From: Chlorokybus atmophyticus
Taxonomy: Eukaryota > Plantae > Mesostigma and Chlorokybus algae
Direction: 5' to 3'
Assembly (NCBI GenBank): GCA_009103225.1
Contig: RHPI01002907.1
Coordinates: 1 to 64,000, forward strand
DNA length: 64,000 bases
In this document: one piece after another, positions 39,301 to 50,578 of the stretch
Layout of the letters: every line of letters begins with the position of its first letter
Numbering within the stretch: position 1 is the stretch's first letter
The notes under the pieces: model-generated
What the model was told of the DNA's origin: nothing
Databases searched by the model: none
The model's input: the letters and a program-made list of their open reading frames with translations, nothing else
Program-made: the position numbers and the translations under genes

Positions 39301-40676
39301 CGCACGCGCAGAAGTGCGCGCACACGCACACAGTCACCAACCAGACCAATTGCCAACCTGTTTGTCGCCATGGACCCGAGTGCCATCTGCGAGTCCTCAA
39401 GTCTCTCCACAATCTCCGCTGTCTCAGCGCCCTTCAACACAACAGGTCCTCTTCCCTTATACGTGTTGAACGTGAGCGACATATCTGCCCACTCATCCGC
39501 GATGGCCTGCAGCTTAGTCTCCACCTGTTCTTCTTTCACAGCAGCATTCGTGAGCTCTTCTATCTGTTCCCTGTTGGGTAGCAAGTCCAACTCCAACAAG
39601 TGACCCAACTTCAACACGTCCTCGGCCAGGTTGAGTTGTTTCGACGTCACGTGCATGAGCTGAAGCCAGTGTCTGTTCCTCATGGCTTTGGATGAGAGTT
39701 GTTGGAGTAGTGGCAACACTTCTAAGAACTCGTCGATGGTCTTCTTGCACACGCTGTAAGCTTGCCAGTCGCGTAAAGCTTTGGGAAGTTTCTTGCATGA
39801 AGCTTGGAAGGCGTTGACTTGCTCTGTCATGCTGTCGATGTTGGCAACAACGTCCACCCAAAGGATGTCGGCATAGCCGTTGATCGTCGTGATCACGTTC
39901 ACGTACAAGGAGTAGAGACGGTCCAACAACTGAAGCTCCTTCTCCGTCTTCTCAAGCTCAGGATACTGACAGATTTAGTTGTATCAGCACGCATGTTGTG
40001 TACTTTGCAAGGCATCTTGTGACATCGTCATTATCACACGCACACACACGCACACGGACATGCATGAGCACGAGCACAAGTATAAGCACACGCATCTCTC
40101 TCCTCACCCTTGTGATTGCCAAGCCGAAAAGCTCCTCGCCGCTCGTGTAGTTGTCCCACTTGCGTTTGCGCAGCTGAACACCCACCAAACCCAACATATT
40201 GTCATTATGGGCAACATACACCGCAACAAAGCACAACCACCAACAAGCAGCATACCTCAAACTGAGTTTGGAACTTCTTAAGGCGCTCCACAGCCTCCAT
40301 TGGCGCGAGTCCCGGCACCATCGGCCCGTTGTTCTCAAAGTCGGCTCGGAAGGATGCGGCGTCCACCACGAAGAGTTTCACCTCTTTGATGAGCTCGCGC
40401 TTGAAGCCGACCTAAGAGAGGAGTATGTATGTGTACACGCGTGCAGATGAGACAATGTGTGTGGAAGTTGGCAGTGGAGGGGCCTCTCACTTGTAGACGA
40501 GCGAGGTTGTCAGCCACGTCGTTGGCAAGCTTGAGGAGTTTCTTCCAAGAGTAGCGCAGGTCTCCAACCTGATACAAGACAAGCATCAAGAGGGTATACA
40601 AAGCAACTCCTTTTTATGCACACACGCACACGCACGCACACAGACACACACGCGCGCGCGCGCACGCTTGCACACA

Positions 40677-40715
<39 letters not shown>

Positions 40716-43700
40716 ATTGCCACATGCTCTGACCTGGTCTGTTTCTTCCTTTGCCACGCGCACTTCATACCGCAGAAGCAGTGCGTACATCTCCTCTATG
40801 GGTGTCATGCGCGTGTCGATCTCCGCCTCCATCTCCCTCACCTACACAGCATTTGAGGTGTGTAAACCACAAAACAACCAGCACACACATCAACATATGG
40901 ACACTGCATGTACCTCCTTAAGCAGTGCCATGACTGCACGGACGTCTTCCAAGTCCTCAATCTGCCTGCCCAGCTTCATACCCGTCTCGCGCATGTACAT
41001 GTTGAGCTTCTTCAAGTCCTCCAAACCTTGCTTGTGCAAATTCTTGGCAAACTACACAGGTATAGGAGTGAGTACACATACATACGTGCACACACAAATA
41101 TACACATTGTCTACCCACCTGTGCCTTCCACGATGCAGCTTCAGCCTTGAGTGAGTACTTCATCGGTTGTGTCTCAAGTGACAATGCTCCAATGTTATGC
41201 ACGGGTGGTATCTGCGCTATCTCCTGCTCCAAGTCCATATACTTTCTCAACTCGGCTTCAAACGCTTCGATCGACGGGTTCGTCGACATGAACTGCGCGT
41301 ACTCGGCTTGCAAGTCTCTTTTCCAAAGGAAATCATACTTGGAGAAGGTTGAGATATAAGTCGACACTTGGTTCTTTGCGCCTTCGATTGAACCGGTTAG
41401 GAGTAGGACTGATTTAACTATCTCCTTGTCGGCTGCGATGAGGTCGTAAAAGGTCCCGCGTGGACCCGACGTGGTGTTGATGCCGTCGATACCCCACGCA
41501 GCCAACTCGCTGCTGCAACGCAACACCTTCTTGGCTGTGGTGTTGATAGCACCCTAAAGCACACATACACATCATTGACACATCAGTTACACATACCCAC
41601 CTAAGTGCACCTTGCATCTGTGACTGCTATCTCCTTACCTGTATGTCTTCCAAGCTTGGGCTCATGCTGACATTAGGTATGGTGAGCTCCACATCCACAT
41701 CAAAGAACGGCCTCTCCATAAACAAAAACCCGCCCGATACACGCGAACCCAACCGCTTCTTCATCGCATTGAAACTACTCTTGGTAGCCGCCAGAATAGC
41801 CTATGAGAGAAAGAGAGTTACTATCAAGCATGAGTCACAAGTATAGTCCACATGTAATGTACCGCTCACCTGGTACATGAGTTTTGAGTAGTGCTTTCTC
41901 AGGCGTGCCACTTCGGTTTCTGATATGGGCGTGTCGTTGTTCTGTCTCGGGTAGGTTGCGACGAGCGCGACGAGGTCCACCACCGCGCGCTCCACCTCGG
42001 CGTTGCGGACCTGGAGGGACTCCGTCACGCGCTTGATGAAACGGCCCTGCGCGGGGTGGAAAGAGAGTCAGGGGAGAAGGAGGAGATGAGGTTGGGTGTG
42101 TGAGTACCATGTGTGTGTATGTGTGCGTGCGCGCGCACGCACGGGTGAGTGCACATGTAGGTGTGCGTGCGTGTGTGTGTGTATGCGCGCGTGCTCGGAC
42201 ACAATTGAGTGTAGCTGTATGTGCATGCGTATGCGTGTGTGTGCATGCATGTGCGTATGTGTGACCTGGGTGGAGACGAAGTCCTCGAACGTGAACGATC
42301 GGTCCGGCGGCAGTTCCACTAGGAGCGTCTTCGATATCGCTTTCAAATTTGCTTCAATCCGGTTATCCACAATATCATTAATCTTTCGTATCAGCTCCTC
42401 CAATCTCGCCAACCCATTATGTATCCGATGCAGATACCCGTCGATATTCATACTCGTCCATGTCAGAATATACATCCCGGGTTGTATCTTCTTATCGAGA
42501 TCGTCCAGATGCGGCCCGAGGAGTGGTTTTACTACAGGTAGGATACACCCAACAACACGGTCGTACTCCTTCAACGCGTAAGAGAGTTGGTTGTAGTAGT
42601 GCTTGAACTTGTCTTCTTGGAGAAGAACCATCTTGGCGCTCTCGGGAACCTCGATGCCGAGACGCTGCAGGTACTTGGTCTCGCGCATCAACTGGAGGAT
42701 GTCGCGGTCGAAGTTGACGAGGAGGACACCGGACTCGGGATGACGAACTATCAGAGTGGCCTGTGATGCACACACAGATGTGGCCAGGTCAGGATAAGAT
42801 AAGGCAACACACACAAACAGACAAGCATGCACATGCACACGTGCACGCACGCACGCAGACTCGCATACATACTCATGTGCACATACGCGCACGCGCATGC
42901 GCACGCACGCACGCCACCCCTCCCCCACACACACAGACACAGATTCAGCAATACACACCTGCAGTCCTGCTTTGGCGTTCTCGATGGATCTGATCCACGC
43001 CTGATGCCACAGCGTTTCAAACTCGATAAGCGCCCGTGCCACACGATTGTACGTCTTCACAATCCTCTTCGACTCCTTCGTAGCCATAATACTCTTGTTG
43101 GTGGCAAACTTCTTCATCGGCTCCTCGATGCGTCGCAGCAGCTGGCGTGCCCACATAATGTTGCCCGCCACGGGTGGCGCGTTACGCACGAGCGGAGGCG
43201 AGTGCTTATACTTCTCATAAATGCGCTGAACAGCGTCCAAATCAAGACCATAGTTCCTGAATATGACCATATACTTGTCATCCAAGTCTGCTCGCAAAGA
43301 CTCTCTTTGAAGAATAGATTGGAACTGTCTCAGCAAAGCCAACGCATGAGATGTGCTGGTGATATTCTCGAACGAAGCGTTGATAAAGCCCTGAAGTGCT
43401 GTCTCCAAGTCATGTATGTTGACATTGAACTCCAGGAAGTCTCTGTCAAACTGGTTCTTCATGTAGTCCAGTAGATCATACGGCTTGCGTTGGAAGTCTT
43501 GTATGATGGCAAAGAAGCTGGAGATGAGGTCTTGCAACCCCTCAATGTGGTGCGTGTGTTGCGCGAGTGTGGTGAACTGATGCACCGTCGTGAACATATC
43601 GGTCAACTTCGCCACGCGCTTGCAGAAGAGATCAAACTTGCCAAATATCTTCTGCTCGTTGAAGTCAAACTGTTTCCCCTTTGGTTGAGCCAACAATCGG

Positions 43701-46179
43701 TCACGCGTGAGGCGATATTGCTCCTGATACGCTTCATTCAACTTCACTGCCATCTCTAAATTCTTGAGTAAAGTGGGTAAGTTGTCTTGCTGCTCCCAGA
43801 GTGACGCTGGCTTGATCGATGATGACGTGGACCCGCCGTTGTTGTTGTTGTTGTTGTTGGCAGTATTGTTGTTGTTGTTGGGAGTGCTGCCTATGGGTGC
43901 GCCTCGATTGACAATATACGCCTTGCAATTGGCTATCATCTGGTTTGTGACTTTGCAGAACAGCGTGGTCATGCGCTCTGGCGTGTTGTAGTACCTCGCG
44001 ATGGTGTGCATCATCTTGATATTGTTCATGAGTGCGGGTAGCGAGTCTATGACGGCTTGCGGTGTCCCCGTATACATCGGCTCCAGACTCATCTCCAATG
44101 TTGTCAGATACTTGACATTATCCTTCGCCTCATTGGCCGCATCCGTGACCTTGATATCTATGGCCTTCCACGTACGGTGAGCCTTACTCCTCCCCGCCAT
44201 CGCCACACCCAACACGAGCTTCGCCTCCTTACTCTTCAACTGCTCAGTGATGCTATTAAACTTGGCCATCCTGTTCCTCCAAAACTCCAACTCAGTATGA
44301 GGGCCAACATCCTCACTATCTTTGGTACTTGACCTTGACCCCCCCTGTTGTATCACCGACGTCTTATCCCCCCCTCCTTGCTCACTACTCCCATCCTCAA
44401 GCAGCCTCTCCACTTGTCCACACCACTCTTCCAACACGTTCTCCACGTGTTCCATGCACTCGTTGTCGGCGGCGGCGCGGTTGAAGCCGGCGGCTTTCAT
44501 CTCGATGGTGTCGAGCCAGCGTCGGTCGGGCTTGCGGAGCTCAACGCCGCCGTGGAGGGAACCCGCGGCTTCTGCGAGGGACGAGGCGAAGCGGTGGGCG
44601 GAAGAGAGGAAGTCGGAGACGGCGTCCTCGGGAGCACGGGCCCAGTCGGTCTGAAGATGTGGTGAGGGTGGGTGAGTACAGTTTACTTTTGGGTGTCTAT
44701 GGTTGACACTTGCATCAAGTACGCGCAACTGTCTCAAGACCGGACACATGCACGCGCACGCACACACGCACGCGCACGCGCACGCACACGCACACGCACA
44801 CGCACACAGACAGCGCACAACCCATACACGCACTTGCGCACACATACTCACACGCACGCACGCGCGCACGCACACGCACACACAGACGCACACCTGTTCT
44901 TTGAGCATTGGGAGGTACAGTTCTGTGAGGAGTGTTTTGAAGCATTCGAGAGCGCCGCCGGCCACCTCTCCAACCTGGTTGCATCACTCTTTGTTAGTAT
45001 AACTGCCATCACTACGAGTTTATTTTGACTGCTCAGGCAGCACAGACACTCACCGCGACATCTTGCTCTATGGTGGCGGCGGTGACGCCCTTCGGGTTGA
45101 CACGCACAAAGTACGCCGCTTTACCCCGCAACTTGTCCATCTGCATGCACGTGTGTGTGAGATAATCCAGTTGATGTTCGTGTGTAGCATTGTAACTTGT
45201 ACTGTTGTCACATGCACGCACCTCTCCTGTGGTGAGGTAGAGAGTGGGCCTCTTGCCCTTCTGTACAAACTCCCCCTCTGGAGTCTCCACCTCAGGCACC
45301 TGTTCATGCATTGAACACAAGCACCAATGTCAGTACATGACAATGTGAATCATCTATACCTTCAGTACATCAACAACAACAACAACGCACCTGGTGGAAA
45401 AACACCAGCTTTTGCACGCCATTTGGCGTGAAAAAGTCATTGATCTGAGCCAGTGTGGAGTCGTCCCTGTGTGTGTGGTGACGCATTCACGATTACGACT
45501 ACTCTCGTAACACTCTGTCAACCAATCTAACAAACAAGACAGCGCTTGTTCTGGCTTACATGATGCAGCGCTCGGCTGCGGAGGGCTCCGAGCCATCGAA
45601 CGCCTCTTTCAGCTGCAGCAAAAACACATGCAGCCTTGTGAAATACACCTCAGATGATCAAACACACCCAAAACTAACCAGCAACAGGGAAAACACAAAT
45701 ACGGCTCACTTCATTCTATTAGACGGCAAGCACACAATCAAGTCGTTTGCCTTGTTCTTCAACAAACGCAGAGAGTCTCTGGGCTATAGATTCAGCTCAG
45801 AGACTCTCTGGGACGTATTACTAGTGTATGTGTAGAACAAGGCCCAATACGGTTGGTTTCATCTTGCTCAAATCTATCACAACACACCTACAACTCAAGT
45901 CCTCAGCAAAAAATCTGGCTGACTATTCCCGTTTGTTTCTGCAAGGCGTCCAGCGCAGACCCAAGAAGAGCCGAGAGGCATGCAACTTTTTCACGGTGCA
46001 TTCGTTACCGAAAACCATTTTGACAACCTTTGTTTAACCGTATTAGTACTACAGGGCCCTCCCAAATCCTTTCTTCATCTTATGCGAACTCAACTATAGA
46101 TCAAGAGTGAAGAAGGGCGGGCCGTTGACAGCCACCATACCTTCGTGGCGATCCATCGGTGGCGCGCGTCCAGCGCCAT
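27726..46179 (-). CDS. ODA2: Axonemal outer-arm dynein gamma heavy chain (ODA2; DNAH5/8 class), multi-exon, apparently complete
   Basis: Starts [19 protein letters not shown]-loops [24 protein letters not shown] and GVGGSGKQS. Tail motifs PHTELEFWR and [13 protein letters not shown]. Ends [13 protein letters not shown]. Colinear with the recalled Chlamydomonas gamma chain. Confidence 0.96.
36256..36302. repeat. (GT)n microsatellite in a dynein intron
   Basis: About 23 consecutive GT units. Confidence 0.95.
40675..40707. repeat. (CA)n microsatellite in a dynein intron
   Basis: About 16 CA units. Confidence 0.9.
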
Positions 46180-46341
46180 TGTTAATGGTTGTTCCCACTG
46201 AGGCGGCACTTTATCTACACGTCTCCACCCTCATCTCCCTGTCATATTCTCCCGTCCTCCTCCTCCTCCTCCTCCTCCTCCTCGCCCGCCGCCGCCGCCT
46301 CCTGCGGGCGGGCCAACCCCGCTACCGCGCGCCCAACCGTA

Positions 46342-46351
46342 GTCACGTGAC
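46342..46351. promoter_or_regulatory. G-box/E-box palindrome upstream of the dynein start
   Basis: GTCACGTGAC ~165 nt upstream of the ATG at 46179, with TTTAGGG at 46359-46365 and a (CCT)n tract at ~46257-46282. Confidence 0.35.
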
Positions 46352-46466
46352 ACTTTCGTTTAGGGCTTCCTTCATCAAAACTGGCCGTTGGGCAAAGTGC
46401 GCATACATACTTATTGTTGTTGTTAAGATGATATATTAGTTGTATTCAATCTACAGTGATGTAATC

Positions 46467-46538
46467 GGTTCCATGATCTAGTGGTTATGATGTGAGACTC
46501 TGAATCTCAATGCCCGAGTTCAAACCTCGGTGGAACCT
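46467..46538 (+). tRNA. trnQ: tRNA-Gln(CTG)
   Basis: Acceptor stem GGTTCCA/TGGAACC, anticodon arm TGAGA-CT CTG AA-TCTCA, T-arm CCGAG-TTCAAAC-CTCGG; 72 nt. Confidence 0.93.
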
Positions 46539-46569
46539 CCAAGATCATGCCCTCAAGCTGAGGGTTGTA

Positions 46570-46575
46570 TTTTTT
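46570..46575 (+). terminator. Pol III oligo-T terminator
   Basis: T6 run ~30 nt downstream of the tRNA. Confidence 0.7.
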
Positions 46576-47019
46576 GAGCCAGAAAGTCACTGGTAAGCAC
46601 CGGTGATTAACACCGGTGCTACCGGTCGTTACTTAAAATTTGGTACAGACGACCACTAGACCGACCGGTGTAGGCTGGGTAATGACCGGCGGCCCGCTGT
46701 TCTTGTGTAAGGGAGAGACTGCTGGACAAGTGCTGGTAGATAATGACACGGCTTCGTGTGCAGGACAGGGCAGTCTGGAGTCAGATGGTCAGTGTTACAC
46801 ACACCATGTGCTAGCCACAGCCACAATAGTGTTGATGTGAGCGTGCGGCTCTACATGCTGGTTCGGTCGGCATCCCACCACACCCAAGCAGACGCTGTCG
46901 TGTCATGGTGGCCTCGTGGGCTTGTTGCTTCATGCGACTTCCCTGCCGCATGCAATAACGAATGTCACACCGCTGTATTCGCGTGTATAATGCTAATATG
47001 TTGGGTTGGGCGCTGAGTG

Positions 47020-47760
47020 CTGCCTCTCAAGCCACGCTGACATCCTGGAACGAGAGCAACCCGGGACGCATGTGCAGCAATTGGTATGGCATCAGCAACT
47101 GGTGAGCGCCTTGTTGTGGCTATGGTATGCTTGGTTGCATCCCTGCTCGCTCAGACTTTCAAGTCCGGTGCATCGTCATTCATAATGTTGGCCGCCCACT
47201 TCCCATAGGGTTGCAGCAGCACCTCGGCCTGGACCTTGACCAGGGTGATAGCCAGGCCTGCTGGAACAACAAACGCGATGCTCCAAGCACAGGTGTGATG
47301 AGTGAATGTGGGGTCTGTGCCTGTGTGGGTAGTAATGGGTGTTTGTACGCGTCGGGAGTTGCAGGCTGCGGTGAACTTGATCAAGTCATGGAAATGAGGA
47401 TCCCATCCTCGACTTTTTGGTACAGCGATTTGCATTCGTTTGCCAACATCCTCGCCAGCAACCGCTACTCGTTTGTGTTCCTTGGGCGAGGCTGGCGCAC
47501 TCGATCATTTCATCGCCACTCCCGGCGCAGCAGCCAGGGTGAGCTTGTTGTGTTGGCCACAACATGTGTGTATACAAAAACGCAAAGCTGGTACTCATAC
47601 AGGTGAGCGCGGTGCAGTACGTGCACGTCAACACCGACGAGCCAGATCTGCTCTACTACCACCTGGCAGGTCCCACCTCAGGCTTTTGTGTGCAAGCCCA
47701 CCGCGTGCAGGGCCGCCCGCCATGACCCCCTCGTCCTCACCACCGCCTAAGAAAGCCTGA
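47020..47760 (+). pseudogene. Unidentified spliced gene relic
   Basis: A series of plus-strand GT donors and AG acceptors bounds exon-like segments (e.g. VSAVQYVHVNTDEPDLLYYHLA), but no continuous frame was found. Confidence 0.3.
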
Positions 47761-48027
47761 ACTGAACACGCACCTCGTGCTTGCGCAAAGAGAGTTTTGC
47801 TTGAGCTAATTGCTTGACCCAAGGTTGTCAAGCTAGCGTACGAGAGAGAGCTAGCGTGATGGTAGGTCTGTAATTAGCCTGCTTGAACACAGACTCAATG
47901 ATACTGGAGCATCTGGTATACTGGTATACTGGCTCCACTGCAGCATAAAAGTGAAGTGTTTGAAAAGGAGTACGAAGGGGTTAAAATCACCAATAAGCAT
48001 CCAATTGTGGGTGCACGATGCCAAGAA

Positions 48028-48085
48028 AATGTGGTAATTCGATGTGCAGTAGAATGTGGTAATTCGATGTGCAGTAGAATGTGGT
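48028..48085. repeat. 25-bp tandem duplication
   Basis: AATGTGGTAATTCGATGTGCAGTAG at 48028 and 48053, with a partial copy at 48078. Confidence 0.9.
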
Positions 48086-48744
48086 GTACCACTGGTTGCA
48101 GTGTACTTCCAATCAACACTACGTTTTCTTATGCTTGTGCTTGTGCTCGGGTATGTACAAAAGGGGGGGCATGCTGCTGGGTTTGCAATCTGGATCGCCA
48201 TGCGCGTGTGCGTGTGATGGTGTGTCAGGATAGTTGAGCGACTGATACAAGCATGCATTGTGTCACACAAAAAGACATACACATTGAGGTTGTCAGGCTG
48301 GTACCTACACAGTGATGAACGACCATCGCCACATGACGTAAGCATATGCTATAAACATGCTGTTTATAAGCCCACAACGTTCATGTGCAACTTCAGCAGC
48401 AACAGTGGCGAAAACAGCCTGCATGTGTATGTGTGTCAGATCAAGGGGTAGAGGGGAAAACCGACGTAAGAGATGGTGGTTGCTACTGGCCGGCTTCGAG
48501 TTTCAAGGCTAGCTCACCAACATCGCCGCCGCCACTGGCTGCCTCCACAACAGAACATGATTGTTCACGTGTTGCAGCCTGTGTTGTCCATGTGGTTGTG
48601 CGGACACACACGCTGCAAGCAGATGGCGGCGCCCACTATAGTAGAAAGCTAGCTCTCTGCTACACCCATGCGAGCAACACGAGTCTCTTATTCATGCAGG
48701 TCTGGAATTGGAGAAAGCTGCATGCTAAGCGATGCTCCCCTGCC

Positions 48745-48860
48745 TCACTCAGCTGCAGCGCGGACAGGCGCAAACCAAGGATGCTCCTGTGAAAGTAACA
48801 GGATAGTGTTCAAGAGTGTGAGTGTCAAGTTGGCAGATGAGGATACACGATGGAGTGGGT

Positions 48861-48955
<95 letters not shown>

Positions 48956-50578
48956 CTGAGCCTCCTTGGAGATGAGGCGTTCGTGGTGGTCATATCGCAG
49001 CAGCTTGTCTAGGAAGTCCAGTGCTTCAGGTGTGACAAGGTGCTGGTTGTCTGCGTTAACGAACTTTGTCCACGGCTTCTTGGAGTGTCGGCCAACGAGT
49101 GCCTCGAGGTGCGGGTCGAGCTCGATGCGGTACTTGGCAAGGTACGCGTAGAGGTCGTCTGTGCCGAGGACTTTGGCGATCTTGACGAGCTGGTCGTAGT
49201 TGTCGTGGCCATAGAAGAATGGCTCTTTGCGGAAGATCATGGAGGCCACCATGCATCCGAGTGACCATAGGTCGAGGGAGTAATCATAGTCCTGCAGGTC
49301 CACGAGGAGCTCGGGCCCCTTGAAGTAGCGCGAGGCCACGCGCACGTTGTACTCCTTGCCCGGGTGGTAGAACTCCGCCAGGCCCCAGTCGATGAGGCGC
49401 AGCTTGCGCTGCTCGTGGTCGATCATCACGTTGTGCGGCTTCACGTCGCGGTGCATGATGCCCTGAGAGTGGCAGTAGTCCAGCGCCTTGAGCAGCTCGT
49501 GGATGTAGTAGCGGATGTCGTAGTCGCTCAGCGTCGGGTACAGCGCCTTGAAGTCCGTGTTGTTGACCAGCTCGAATATCAGGCTGGGCGTCTTGCTCTG
49601 CGGGTCGCGCACGATGTCCAGCAGCTTGATGATGTTGGGGCCCCCGCGCAGGTTCTGCAAGATCTTGATCTCGCGCTTGATCTTCTTCTTCTTCACCGGC
49701 TTCAAGATCTTGATGATGCAACCCTCATGCGAACGCGCGTTCACACCCTCAAACACCTCACTGTACTTGCCCCGCCCCACCTTGCGCACCACCTCATAGT
49801 CCTCCTGGTCCCTGCGCACACATGCGTATGTGTATTTGGGTGCGTGCGCGTGCGTGTGCCACTGCTCTGGTCCCTGCACATGCATGCGTATGTGTGCGTT
49901 TGTGTGCGCATGTGTGTGTGCGCCACTGCCTAGGCCAATACTGCACCTGATGATGTTGTGTAAAGACATGCCATGCCCCATGAAACTGCCAGTTTTACCA
50001 GGAGACGGACATTGTACGCGTAGAACTCAGTAGCAGAATTGCCAGCTTTGTGCCATTGCACACATTCAAGTGATCAATTGATTTCAGGGTGGTGCTATTA
50101 AGAAGCTGAGAACGCACGGGACGACTCGAACTGAGAGACTGACATGATACGCGTAGAAGTACCAGTTTATACTAATCTGCATAAGTGAGTTCAGGGCAGT
50201 CCTGTTGGGTAGAACTCAGTCGTAGAATTACCAGCTTTGCGGCATTGCACACACGAAAGTGAACAACTGAGTTCAGGGCAACGCTGTTGGGTAGAATTCG
50301 GTCGTAGAAATAACAGCTTTGTTGCTCACATACTAGAGTGAACAACTGAGTTCAGGGCAGTGCTGTTGAGAAGTTGAAAATGCACGGCTCACACATCCCC
50401 GTGAAGTTACATACACGCTCAGGGTCAAATTCAGGAGTCTGTGTGGTGACATGTGTGATGACTTACAGGTAGTGTAAGCTACTTACCCCCATTGGACCTG
50501 TAGTGATTCGTAATCCCAATACTCCTTTGGCCGTTTTGTGTTAACGTCCGCGTAAACTCTAGCCCGCGCCTGCGCCAT
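48745..50578 (-). CDS. CKA1: Casein kinase II alpha catalytic subunit, 3 exons
   Basis: [70 protein letters not shown]. Confidence 0.98.
48862..48951. repeat. Perfect (AC)~45 microsatellite in the last CK2 alpha intron
   Basis: Uninterrupted AC run of ~90 nt. Confidence 0.97.
50020..50373. repeat. Degenerate ~82-bp repeat array (4 units) in CK2 alpha intron 1
   Basis: Units start GTAGAA(C/T)TC at 50020, 50209 and 50291, with a partial unit at ~50151. Most end in TGAGTTCAGGGCA..CTGTTG. Confidence 0.8.

Noticed and set aside
27263-45343. Numerous short Cys/Val- or His/Thr-rich ORFs in the ORF track
   Set aside because: They are translations of intronic (TG)/(CA) tracts or antisense frames of dynein exons.
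50020-50373. CRISPR array or box C/D snoRNA cluster
   Set aside because: The interiors of the units are homologous rather than unique spacers, and no RTGATGA C box pairs with the CTGA motifs.
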